Source: Malacoraja senta (taxonomy: Eukaryota). From it: a stretch of 64,000 nucleotides of DNA. The notes under the pieces were generated by a model, which made no database searches, was not told the origin of the DNA, and was given only the letters and a program-made list of their open reading frames with translations. The stretch is taken from the NCBI GenBank assembly GCA_038087875.1, contig CM075989.1, forward strand, positions 15,688,001 to 15,752,000, written 5' to 3'. The translations under genes were made by a program, and so were the position numbers. Numbering within the stretch: position 1 is the first letter of the stretch; the number at the start of each line of letters is the position of its first letter. Positions 12,456 to 23,854 of the stretch are shown here, piece by piece.

Positions 12456-14459
12456 CCCAGTAGGTTAATTTTGTCATGGCATGGATGACTTATGCCTGAT
12501 ACCGGGTGAGTCAATAGGTCTGGGCTACTGGGAAAGGTCATAGGAGTTTCGATGACCATGTCGAGGACCACTGGGAACCAAGGCTGTGTAGGCCAGTCGG
12601 GTACTATCAAAATACCTGAAGCAGAGTCCATCTGTATTTTGCGTAGTACCCTACTGATGGCAGAAGGGGGGAAAGGCATAAAAGATATAGTTTCCCCAGT
12701 TCAGCGCGAATGCGTCTATCGCTGCTGCCTCAGGGTCTGGTTCCCAAGCGACATACATTGGTACCTGGTGATTTAGTCTGGATGCAAAGAGATCGATATC
12801 TGGTGTGCCATATTGCTTTGTAATTTTAGCAAAAGCTTTAGGATTTAACATCCATTCGGTGTTATCATTGAATTTGCGTGACCTGGTGCCTGCCACTGTA
12901 TTTAGCTTACCTGGTAGGTAAGTTGCTGATAGCCAAATATGTCTATCGACACACCATTGCCAGATTATGTTGACCAAATTGTCACATGATATCGATTTTA
13001 TTCCGCCCATATGGTTAATATAGGCCACCACCATGATATTATCAATCTGTAAACGAACATGCAAATGGTGCATATTCGTAGAATATGCTTTAAAACATAA
13101 AACGCATCCAACATTTCCAAATAATTTATGCCCAGTGTTTGTAGTAAAGATGATTCTAGGTTAGTCCATCTACCACCTGTGCTGGATATGGTATTAGTTG
13201 CTCCCCAGCCTCGAGCACTGGCATCTGTTTGTATAGTTAACGTTGGGTTATTGATGATGATAGGGCTGGAACTATTCCAAATGTGCTCTATCCACCATTG
13301 TAACTCTGATGTTGCTTCAATGGGTAATTTCATGGTTCGGTCAAAGTGACCTGCATGTCGTTTTAACGCCTGTACTTTTGCCCTTTGTAGGTTTTGATAG
13401 TGCAGAGGTCCAAATTGTGTGGCTGGAAATGCTGCTACCATTTTGCCAATTACTCTTGCCGCTTGTCGGATGGTTGGTCGATCGCTAACCATTAAATTGT
13501 AACACGTCTGTGCCAATTCTGCTGCTTTATCTTTTGGCAATGTTACAGACATGTGGACTGAGTTAATTGTGAATCCCAGATAGTCCATAGTTGTGGATGG
13601 CGTCAACTTAGATTTATCTGGATGTAAGACAAATCCCAGGGTTTCAAACAATTGTTTGGTAGCTAATACAGCTGATTTAGCCAATTCCATGGTTTTGCCT
13701 ACTATTAGAATATCATCAAGATATGCCATGACAATATGTCTGTTTTCTTAATGTTTCCAAGGCTGGTTTTAATATCTTGGTAAATAGTCTTGGGGCTGAT
13801 ATTAACCCATTAGGCAATGCTTTAAACTGCCATAGTTGCCCCATCCAGGTAAATTTCAGGTATCTGCGATGATCCTTTTGAATGGGTACTGAATAGTAGG
13901 CATCTTTTAAATCGATGCTTGCCATAAAGTATCCTTTGGAAATCAGTTGTTTGGCAGTTACAAATGTTTCCATTTTGAAATGTATATACTTAACAAAGGT
14001 ATTTAGTGAGGTTAAGTCAATGATGATGCGACATCCACCATCTTTTTTGTTTTTGGTAAATATATTTGAGACAAATTCCAAAGGTTAATGTTTGGATTTC
14101 TCAATGATATCCTTTGTAAGTAACCTCACCAGTTCTGCTTGATCCTCTAGTTTTTCTTTGACTGAGAGGGTAAAGACCCTTTGGGGTGCATGCTGAACTG
14201 GTGGCATATTATCTTGAATGAACTCTATTTTGTATCCACGAATACTGTTATGTATATAACTATCATTCGTGATAGACCTCCATGCTTCCATGAACAGGTG
14301 TAATCTCCCCCCTGTTAGTACAGTTCCCCCACGTTTTATATGCTTGTAGCAACCAGACCCACCTACCTCCATAGTTATGGGAGTGTTCCTTTCTTCGGTT
14401 TCTTCATCCGTCGTTGTGCTGCTGGATGTACTGCTGGTTGGGGGTGGCGCATTTTCCAT
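12443..14459 (-). pseudogene. DIRS pol-like ORF: reverse transcriptase, RNase H and N6-adenine methyltransferase-like domain (disrupted)
   Basis: RT motifs IDLKDAY, ALPNGL, YLDD; RNase H TDASARGWG, INYLE, IDN; MT-like DIDLFAS...YAFPPF; five ORF pieces separated by one stop and three frameshifts. Confidence 0.92.
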
Positions 14460-15937
14460 GGGGTCCGCTCTGGGCCCTGGCCTAAAAAAGGCTTTCGGGG
14501 ATGGTATGCGGACCCCGAGCTTTCACCAGTCCCATGAGTTTGACGTCGACTGGTGGACGCGGTGGGGTACTGCCGTCTGGGTTGTGTGGGTCTGCTTGTT
14601 CCGGGGCCTGCCCTCATGAGGCCGAATGCTTTGGATTCTTCCTCCAGGTCTTTTACTTGTTTTGACAAGTCCTTACCAAATAGCAGGATCTGTGGCTCTG
14701 AGGCCGGTGTTTTGCACAGTCCTACAAATTTGGGATTGAGGGCAGGTCTTATTATCTCCTTGCGGAGGTTGTTTATTTCATATTGGGTGTTACACAGCAG
14801 AGCCAGAGTGTCACAGCTTAAGGATAAGGGGGAAATCCTTTAAGACCGAGATGAGGAAAAACTTTTTCACACAGAGAGTGGTGAATCTCTGGAACTCTCT
14901 GCCACAGAGGGTAGTTGACGCCAGTTCATTGGCTATATTTAAGAGGGAGTTAGATGTGGCCCTTGTGGCTAAAGGGATCAGGGGGTATGGAGAGAAGGCA
15001 GGTACGGGATACTGAGTTGGATGATCAGCCATGATCATATTGAATGGCGGTGCAGGCTCGAAGGGCCGAATGGCCTACTCCTGCACCTATTTTCTATGTA
15101 TCTATGTATGTCTTGCTGGTTGGTGGTCATGTCCACCCCATCCACGGAACGAGCATAGGATGTTATCCCTGACGTCAGGAGCTTGAGGATACGCTGCAAT
15201 TTTAGTTCCTGGTTTCGGATACTCTACCCAACGTACCCCCAGATTTGGCTGTTGACGGCCGGTACGTTGAGCGAAATGCAGTTCTCCGGAGGCGAGTAGA
15301 GTTCTTGTGCCTCATTGACTACCTGTTCTTGTAGGGGTTTGAAGGACAGGTAGTCAATGCTGGCCGCCAGTTTTGGCTGCAACGGCCGCCCTGCTCGTGG
15401 TGTAGCCACGTAGCGATTCACCACACCCAGCAGCTCTTCCTGGTCCTGTACCCCATGCGTACTACCGACATCTTCGGCCAGTGACCCCTGTTCCTGACCA
15501 GCCCAGCCCTGGTCGCCAAAGATGCCCTCGGCTGAGGAGGAAGCGATGGGCAGTGCATTGTAAGGCTCTGGTACGGGAGTACCTGAATTCCCTTGGCGAG
15601 ACTGCTCCAGCTCCCAAAGCAAGTCTCGCTGGAGCATTTGCTCCATGAGCCTTTCCATGCGGCTCAGGCGGCTACCTCTGCCGCTCTCAGGCGGAGAGTC
15701 TTTCTCGTCGGAGTTATCAGAGATTACCGGCCGGTCAGTTTTCCGTTTTGATTTGCCTCCAGTCCGCTGCTGTTGGTCAGGCTGCGTTAGCGGTACTGGG
15801 CTCGGCTCGGTATCAATGATTGTGGACCGCAGCTTGTGCGGTCCAGGTGCCGCCTCTCGCCCCCCACTGATGGAACACTCCTGTTCTGTTGGAGTCGAAC
15901 GGGGGGCGGTCTTTTTCTCTTGTCGTGCTTTGCTCAT
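14375..15937 (-). pseudogene. DIRS gag-like ORF1 interrupted by a premature TAG and a 300-bp CR1 insertion
   Basis: ORFs 15224-15976 and 14375-14668 share a frame; reading through the TAG at 15224 and removing 14813-15112 gives continuous ..DMTTNQQDTLALLCNTQYEINNLRKE..LLFGKDL. Confidence 0.85.
14813..15108 (+). mobile_element. 5'-truncated young CR1 (HER1-like) LINE 3' end inserted in DIRS gag
   Basis: Near-identical to the reverse complement of ~52780-53075; encodes ..FFTQRVVNLWNSLP..; (TCTATGTA)n tail; TGTC at both junctions. Confidence 0.92.
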
Positions 15938-16149
15938 TTTCCAGCTTCTCGATCTGGAGTTCACAAAGCAGAGCAAAGCTTCCCAATTACGACCTCAGAG
16001 TAAGTACTTACTGATGGTCCGCTTTTTAAGCTTGTAGCGGGAGCGCCTGTACTCCCGTTCGTCGCTGTTGCACTGCGTGAACGCTCATGTCGCACATGCG
16101 TGCTGGACGGGTTCTTCTTGTAGTCACTCACGTGACTCCGAAGTAAAAT

Positions 16150-16435
16150 CAAAATACGCAGAGCAACCAAAAACATTGTTGTTGAGGTAGGGTTGTGTAG
16201 TGTGGTTCAAGAACCTGATGAATGCTGGGAAGAAGCTGTTCTTGAACCTGGATGTTACACTTCTCAGGCTCCTGTCCCTTCTTCCCATATGGTAGCAGCA
16301 AGATAAGAGCATAGCCAGGATGATATTGATATTGACCACCTTTTTGAGGCAGCACCTCCTGTATACCCCTTTGATACCCATCATGGACTGGGCAATGCCT
16401 ACCACTCTATGCAGCTGCCTTCCTGGCCATTCAGA
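16150..16435 (-). mobile_element. Rex/Babar-like LINE 3' fragment, split by the DIRS insertion (tail continues at ~10830-10970)
   Basis: Minus strand encodes ..RSLRSVTSRFKNSFFPAFIRFLN, a typical LINE C-terminal motif; tail-like sequence lies left of the DIRS. Confidence 0.65.
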
Positions 16436-16469
16436 CGATGTGGTAAAGAAGGGGAGGTACTATTGCCTT

Positions 16470-18130
16470 TGGTTGGTGTTTGAAAGCTGGTCATAGTATA
16501 GAATTGTGCTTTATTATGTTCAAAAGTAAGCACCATCATAAAGGGCAGAGCACGCATTCCTGAGCAGGCTAACGGATCAGTCCCCACGTGGGCTACCACC
16601 ATTACAAACCAGCAAAGTGGTTTGATAGTTGAAATGGAAAAGCTGTTAGTGATTTGGCTTGAAAACCGTATTCAATGCCAAATTCCTGTTGGCCTGATGA
16701 TTATTCAAGAAATATCAGAGGCTGTACAAAGATTTGATGAAAATATATGGTAATGGAAGTGAAGAATCTATTGCAAATAGGGATGGTTTAACAGATTTTA
16801 TGTTGTGGCCCTTGGTAACTAACTTCAGCCTGAGATTAATAGGGATGGTGCCAGTGGGTTGCTTGAATCTCATGCTGAAGACCTTGTGGGACGGGAAAAA
16901 CAGCAGTTCTTAGAGGAAACAGAATGAGAAGCTGAAACCTCAGAACTTGAAAACTACTACAAAAGGATTGGGTGTTTAAGAAAGAACTGCAGATGCTGGA
17001 AAATCGAAGGTAGACAAAAAAGCTGGTGAACTCAGCGGGTGATGCAGCATCTATGGAGCGAAGGAAATAGGCAATGTTTCGGGCCGAAACCCTTCTTCAG
17101 ACTGATGTGAGGGTGGAGGGGGGGGGGGGGTGGGGGCTGGAAGAAGAAAGGAAGAGGAGGAGCCAGTGGGCTGAGGGAGAGCTGAGAAGGGGAGGAGAAA
17201 GTAAGGTCGACCTGAAATTAGAGAAGTCAATGTTCATACCGCTGGGGTGCAAACTGCCCAAGTGCAATATGAGGTGCTGCTCTTCCAATTTACGGTGGTC
17301 CTCACTCTGGCCATGGAGGAGGCCGAGGACAGAAAGTTCGGATTCAGAATGGGAGGGGGAGTTGAAGTGCTGAGCCACCGGGAGACCAGGTTGGTTATTG
17401 TGAACCGAGCGGAGGTGTTCAGCGAAGCGATCGCCAAGCCTACGCTTGGTCTCACCGATGTAGAGCAGCTGACATCTGGAGCAGCGGATGCAATAGATCA
17501 GGTTGGAGGAGGTGCAGGTGAACCTCTGCCACACCTGGAAAGACTGCTTGGGTCCTTGAATGGAGTCAAGGGTGGAGGTAAAGCGACAAGTGTAGCATTT
17601 CTTGCGGTTGCAAGGGAAAGTGCCCGGAGAGGGGGTGGTTCGCGAGGGAAGGGACAAATTGACCAGGGAGTTACGGAGGGAACGGTCTCTGCGGAAAGCA
17701 GACAGGGGAGGAGATGGGAAGATGTGGCAAGTGGTGGGGTCATGTTGGAGGTAGTGAAAATGACGGAGGATGTGACAGCTGGTAGGGTGGAAGGTGAGGA
17801 CAAGGGGGATTCTGCCCTTGTTACGAGTGGGGGGATGGGGAGTGAAAGTAGAGTCATGGGGTATAGAAGAGAACTTGGTGAGAGCCTCATCTATGGTGGA
17901 AGAGGGGAACCCCCGTTCCCTGAAGAATGAGGACATCTCTGATCCAAAAGGATTGGGAACAGCTTTGATGAAATTTTAAGAAAATTTGGCAAAGCTGGAT
18001 AAGCAAGAACCTATCTTAGCTGGATATAGAAGGTTTATAGGGGTGTTAATGAGAATATTCGAAGCTGCAAAGAAATTTTAGAAAAAGCAACAGTTCAATC
18101 CTTGCTTGATATGTTTTTCTTTAAAAGTTT
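16470..18130 (+). mobile_element. Decayed Tigger/pogo-like transposase relic, interrupted by a PLE
   Basis: ~16630-16800 reads EMEKLLVIWLENRIQCQIPVGLMIIQE..GWFNRF (CENP-B HTH-like); ~18080-18120 reads KATVQSLLDMFF, like Tigger C-termini. Confidence 0.65.
16973..17944 (-). mobile_element. 5'-truncated Penelope-like retroelement (GIY-YIG endonuclease plus 3' terminal repeat)
   Basis: Open 279-aa frame with NLIYCIRCSRCQLLYIGETKRRLGDRFAEH and an upstream CxxxxCxxC; exact 13-bp TSD CAAAAGGATTGGG at 16960-16972 and 17945-17957. Confidence 0.93.
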
Positions 18131-19019
18131 GCAAGGAAAACAGAGCCTGTTGCCTCCGTCTCAGTCGCATCTTTAAAACTTGGTGCATTTACCTCAGTGG
18201 TGTGGAGAGGTGGTTACCCTAACATGATTTGTGTGTGCATGTACATATTTTCTTACTTATGACTGTGATTAGTAGGGGTGTCAGAGGTTATGGGGAGAAG
18301 GCAGGAGAATGGGGTTAAGAAGGAAAGATAGATCAGCCATGATTGAATGGCAGAGTAGACTTGATAGCCGAATGGCATAATTCTGCTCCTATCACTTATG
18401 AACCAAATTGACTGATGACGTCTGAAAAGATGGAACCCATATGCAAGGTTAACAATATTGCCACAGGACAATCACTTTTTTCTGTCATTGGGCTGAGGGG
18501 TGATCAGCCAGGGTGTCAACTCCTTGGCTTGTTTATTGACGAGTTAGGAACTACATATCCGTAGAATTCAGTTGAGGGCTTGGCTGGAAAGGCACCGTGG
18601 TCAAATTGCCCAATTACCCTTATGATCTGGAAACATTAATGTGCAATTCCAGAATAGTGTTGGTCCTTATAAGGATGCATTTCAAATGAGGTGGAGAAAC
18701 TTGGATGGGAAATGAATGTTATCTGTTTGCAAATATTTGTTTTCAGTTCACTCCCTTCCTCTGTGGACTAATTAGCAGGACTATATTGGACAGACACAGG
18801 GTTTCTGTTCATGTCTTGTACGAGCCAAGGCAATGAAATTGGTGACAGTTTTCTCACACCATCAAATCTCCACTAAGTTATTTTATCCATCCTCACCCTC
18901 TTTCCCTCCCAATCTTTAATTTTCCTCTTTTTATGCAAGTTAATGACAACAACAAAAAAATCACATTCTATTTACCCGATCTGGCAACAAAATACTTCAA
19001 GCATTCTTTTTAATTCAAA

Positions 19020-19911
19020 CTAGACTTAGACCAATCTCACACGGCAGGCCTGGTCCCCCAACGCAATATTCCACCACTCACGCATAGCCCCCAACTGCGC
19101 AGGCATGGCTGACGGGTTCCCGTTGTGACGCCCCTGATCCCCCCTCCTCCCCTCACTTCGCCCCTTGCCCTTCCCCCCACGCACTCACTCCATCGCCTTT
19201 CAACACCCCCCCCCATTTATTAAAGCTTAAAATGTGAATAACTCTTAAAATATGGCCTACCCGTCGCTGCCTACCCCTGCTTATCCCTGCCGTGGCCTAC
19301 CGCTGACGTAGCGGGTGTGTGGCGGGGGGGCGTGGGGTGGGAGGGTTGTGGCAGGGTGTGGGGTGGGGGTGTGGGGGGAGGGGGGTGTGGGGGAGGGGAG
19401 TTGTGGGGGTAGTGGGGGTGTGGGAGTGGGGGCTCAGCGGCTCCTGGCCCTGGCTCCGACCGCATTTACCGGCTCCAGGACCCGGCTCCGGTTCTCACTC
19501 AGCGGCTCCCGGTCCTGGCTGCATTCAGTAGCTCCCGGCTCTGGCTGCACTGAACGGTTCCCGGCGCATCGTGGTGGTCGCCGCCACATCCCGCGAGCAT
19601 AGTCCCCGCCCGCGAACACAGCCCCCGCCCACACTCTGCTCACTCCGCTCCTTCAGCTTTATTCTTGCCGCCAGTGATTGACAGCGGGTGCCAGAAGGGG
19701 CGTCGCCGTCCCGGCGAATGACAGGAGAGAAGACCAATAACTTTTGTAATATTTCACTGATCAGAACATAACTTGATGCACTTGCAGCACAGGAGAATGG
19801 CGAGTAAGGTGGCGAAAAATCGTAGCGCTATCCGGTACCGGTTTTGCGCAAATTAAAAAACAATGCAAACCGGAAGAGGATGAGAGGTTTAGTTAAGTAT
19901 AGATAGATAGA
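19020..19911 (-). mobile_element. Non-autonomous Helitron-like element
   Basis: Minus strand begins A|TCTATCTATCTATAC and ends GTCTAG|T (TC...CTAG between A and T, no TSD); imperfect subterminal hairpin GACCA..TGGTC; GC/CpG-rich interior unlike the flanks. Confidence 0.7.
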
Positions 19912-20124
19912 TGGTTGCTTGTTCTCATCTGACCGTTGGAAACAATCTATTCCATGTATCTTCCAAACTATGTTATGGACCTGCACTGCCACCTTCAATG
20001 GGTCTCTGGACATATACTGCAAGGCTCCTCTTATCTTCAATATGGGTGTTGGGTGTTTATTTTATTGTTGTGTGTCCTAGCCTTATTAGTACTAAATGCA
20101 TCATTTCACATTTATCTGGATTGA

Positions 20125-20286
20125 ACGGGGTGACGCCTGTTTGGTGGTGAGTATTTGCCCAAAGAGTCGTACCTTTTTCTGGTCGCCGCTGGATTTTCAA
20201 CATATTGAAAATTTTCAGCAACCTGCTGTGACTATGATGGGTGCCGGCAAGTCCCTGAAAAAAATCGCGTAAGTGGGACAGGCCCT
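20125..20286. mobile_element. Partial Harbinger MITE (right end only)
   Basis: Similar to 36945-37102 and ends in TIR TAAGTGGGACAGGCCC. Confidence 0.8.
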
Positions 20287-23200
20287 TTTAGTGGATTTCT
20301 GCTACCACTATTAGGGTGAAATGTCATATGTGAAAGAGCTGGATGAATTACTAGCTATTCATCCGGGAGAACATTGTCCTTTATTCCTTGGATATTGAAG
20401 GCGGCTACTTGACTCAACATGTGGAGTGTTTTAGATGGCACTGCTTTTAATATGTTCTTCATCACTCAGGAAGGTAAAGTGAACTCTGAGGAGATTAGGA
20501 GTTTTAAAGTTTTATCACCTTTTATGTATTATCGGCGATGGGATTGGAAAAGATCAACTGCCACATTAATGCTTTCCCTCCACATTAGTTAAAGGTTGTA
20601 TGGTGAGTGGTGAATCCATCTGTTTAGCTTTCCACAAAATGTTGTCACCACACAAAACCTTAAATAAATGCTGCTGACATTAAGCAATGCCACAATGTCA
20701 TCTCGGACAAGCTCATGTTTTCAGACAGACTCATGGAAATTTGCTCTGGAGATAATATCATCATTGCAACTGAGCCCTTACATCTGTCAACCATCAGGAA
20801 AGAATTACAAATATTCGAATGAAGATAAAAAGCATATTGAAAACATAATGATCATGCTGGTAGCTAGATATAACCACCATACATGACAAATATAATGATG
20901 ACAAACACCAGAGTACCTTTACTAATTCAAAACAGTGCTGTTCAACATCAATCTAAAATCTTCAATAACAATTTATTGTCATTTAATATCAGATGTATGC
21001 ATCTAAAATGAGTTTATTTAAACCGACTTCTTGTACAAAATATGCCAACTTCTGCTACTCAGTTTACAAAAGAAAAACGTGTAATTCCTAAGTGTGTACG
21101 GACAAATGAGGCTGAATGACATTCCCAAACTATGATGTCATGACCAGAATGTAAGTGTAGGCTCAGGGAGATGATTTAAAAAGGTGATTTCCAAATATGT
21201 TTTGCTGATCTTGATTCTGGATGGAAGATTAGTTTGTCGTTGAATATGGATGTTTCATGTAATCACTGAGCACAGAAAGGGACCATTTGGCCCATCGCAT
21301 CTTACAGACCGTTGTAGGAAGGAACTGCAGATGCTGGTTTAAACTGAAGATAGACATAAAATGTTGGAGTAACTCAGCGGGACAGGCAGCATCTCTGGAT
21401 AGAAGGAATGGATGACGTTTCATGTCGAGACCCTTCTTCAACCCTTCTTTCTCAACCTGCTATAAACCTTTAACCTCTTGTATTTTTCTGGTGACTGTAG
21501 CTAAAGCTAGTTTATGAATACTCAATAAATCAACGCATTAGCGTTTATTAATTTCTGTTTTTCTTAATCTCTCAAATTCTCACCAGAAGGAAATCTTGCC
21601 CATCGTTTGCCTTAGGTCTGTCCGTTCCATCCACATTTCTTGGTTAAGTTCAATCACCAATCATTTGATTAACTGTACTTCCCCCTTAATGTCACTTGCA
21701 AAGCTTGGACACATGTCTAGTTTATCCAAGTCAAAGATCCAGCATTTACAATCAGGGCTGTTTGCAATAGGGGAAGAGGGGGAGGGGTGGGATATAAGTT
21801 AATGGATGAGAGGAAAGGAACTGGGTGATGGGGTGGGGGTAGGGTTGCTGACATTGGAGAATAAAGTTCAATGTTCATGCTATTGAGTTGTAGGCTACCC
21901 AAGCAAAATATGAGCTTCCTCTTTGCCCTCTTTCCATTCTACCCATCATCTCTCCCTCTGGTTCCCCACCTTCCTTATCAAATTATCAGATTTACTGCAC
22001 ATTTTTGTCTTCTCCACTTATCACCTCCAGCCTCAGTTTCTATCTCTATCCTTCACTCCCCATCTATCAACCCCTTCTCTCTCCCCTCCACTCCAACAGT
22101 CTGAAGGATCCTTTCCTGAAAGGTTACCTGTCCATTTCTGTCTCAGATGCTGCCTGACCCGCTGAATTCCTCCAGCAGTTTGCTTTATACTTCCCGTCGT
22201 CTCTCACAGATGTTCCCTTCCACGTAAATAAATAAGGAAGCTGTCTCTGCAGCACACTGGGTCAGGCACAGGATGTTCAATAGGATTCCCGCTGCAAGTG
22301 TTGCTGCAACGTATAGGGTGTCCAACGTTGAAGAGAAGACACAAGAGACTGCAGACGCTAGCATATGATTCTTCGTGGGTCAGGCAGCATCTGTGGAGAT
22401 AAACCGATGATGCAGTGTCTTGACCTGATATGTCAGCCATCCCTTTGCCTACACAGATGCTACCTAACTCGGAGTTCTTACAATAGTTTGATTTTTTTGT
22501 GTGTCTACCCGATCTATTCCTCTCATGATTTTGTACCTCTATGAGATCACTCCTCATCCTCCTGTGCTCTAATGTGTGTTGTTGTATGGAAGCAGTGATT
22601 CCATTTACTTTTTGACTATATAAATGTTTGCAGTGATTTGTTCACTAATACTCAAAAATACTTTCATCTGATAAAGTCTGCAGACTAAGATTATTTGAGT
22701 TACAGCTCCGGATCAAACTCTTCCACGCTCTCATCACTCAGCATGTTGTTCAGAACCTCTTAATCAGGTATCATGAGCAAATTGTGATAATTTGCCATTA
22801 TCTTCTCTTCCAAATCACTGACTTACAATGTGGATAACATCAACATCTGCAAAACTGCAGCAGTCACTTCTTGTCACACTGAGGATGCTCTTAGTGTGAC
22901 CTTCTGATACAATCTGCTGTCAATCTGCTTGAATAACTGCCATTTCTACTTAGCCCGTCTGTTTTCTAGAGGTATGCCTCATGTGTGTCTTTGCAACAAT
23001 TCCTTTGTAAATTGTTTCAGGTTCCTCAAACATAGGCTTTGTTATGCCATTTAAAAAAAAGAAGTCCTTAATCTTGCACCCATCGCAAAAGTCTGTTAAT
23101 CAACCTAAAATATGCGAAACAATCTTTTTCTATCCAATATTTTGGTGTATCTGCAATTCCAAATCCATCCATTTTTGTAAGTGTTCTTGTTTGTGCACTA

Positions 23201-23854
23201 ACCCTTAGTACATCCTACTTAGGATGACACATCTCATGTTGTCAAAAAACAAATTAAGGGAGTGGAAATAAATTCAAAATTATATATATGGAAAACTTAT
23301 TAAATTCAAGTATAACATTGCTCCTTGAAGCAATATGTGTTCCAGTCCCATTAACATTTTTTGGAACTTGCTAACTCGCTTGTTGTTTTCTTGCCCTGTC
23401 TAGCTCAGCGGATGTCCATTTTTCTAAGTGAAGGAAGGGTCCCTTTGCCTTCTAGCCTTCCCTCTGCACTGAAAGGGCAAAGATCAGGTAGGTGCATGGG
23501 AGTAGCAACTGAGGATCAGCATGAGTAATTCTGAGGCAATCTGTCAATTGTTATTGGCTTTAAACGTTCCTCCTGACTTGTCAGAAAATGAACTTCCACT
23601 TCCTGAACGCCACTGGGGTGAACAATAATATATGGATTTTGTTTTTAAGTGCCTCTGAAAGAACCCAAACTGCCTTCAATCTTAATTTAATCTGGTCTGA
23701 ATATCAGAAGGAATGAACACAATCTCCCTTCTGCCATACATTTCCACCATTCTCACACTCCACAAACCTTTTTTGACACGTTTGTGATTTGCATGATCCT
23801 GAATTTGCTATTTATCAAGTTAACGCAACTTAATGTTCATCAACTGACATCAAT

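Larger units (their letters stand above)
10971..16149 (-). mobile_element. Full-length DIRS1-like tyrosine-recombinase retrotransposon (mutated)
   Basis: Order gag, RT/RNaseH/MT, YR on the minus strand; ITR cores 11051-11081 and 16087-16117; ICR 11197-11296 complementary to both outer ends; AAAAT at both junctions. Confidence 0.95.

Noticed and set aside
11471..14459. RT plus methyltransferase plus tyrosine recombinase as a prophage, retron or bacterial defence system
   Set aside because: Domain order, ITR/ICR structure and a nested vertebrate LINE identify a eukaryotic DIRS retrotransposon
17247..17930. 227-aa plus-strand ORF
   Set aside because: Antisense shadow of the PLE GIY-YIG frame with no recognisable motifs
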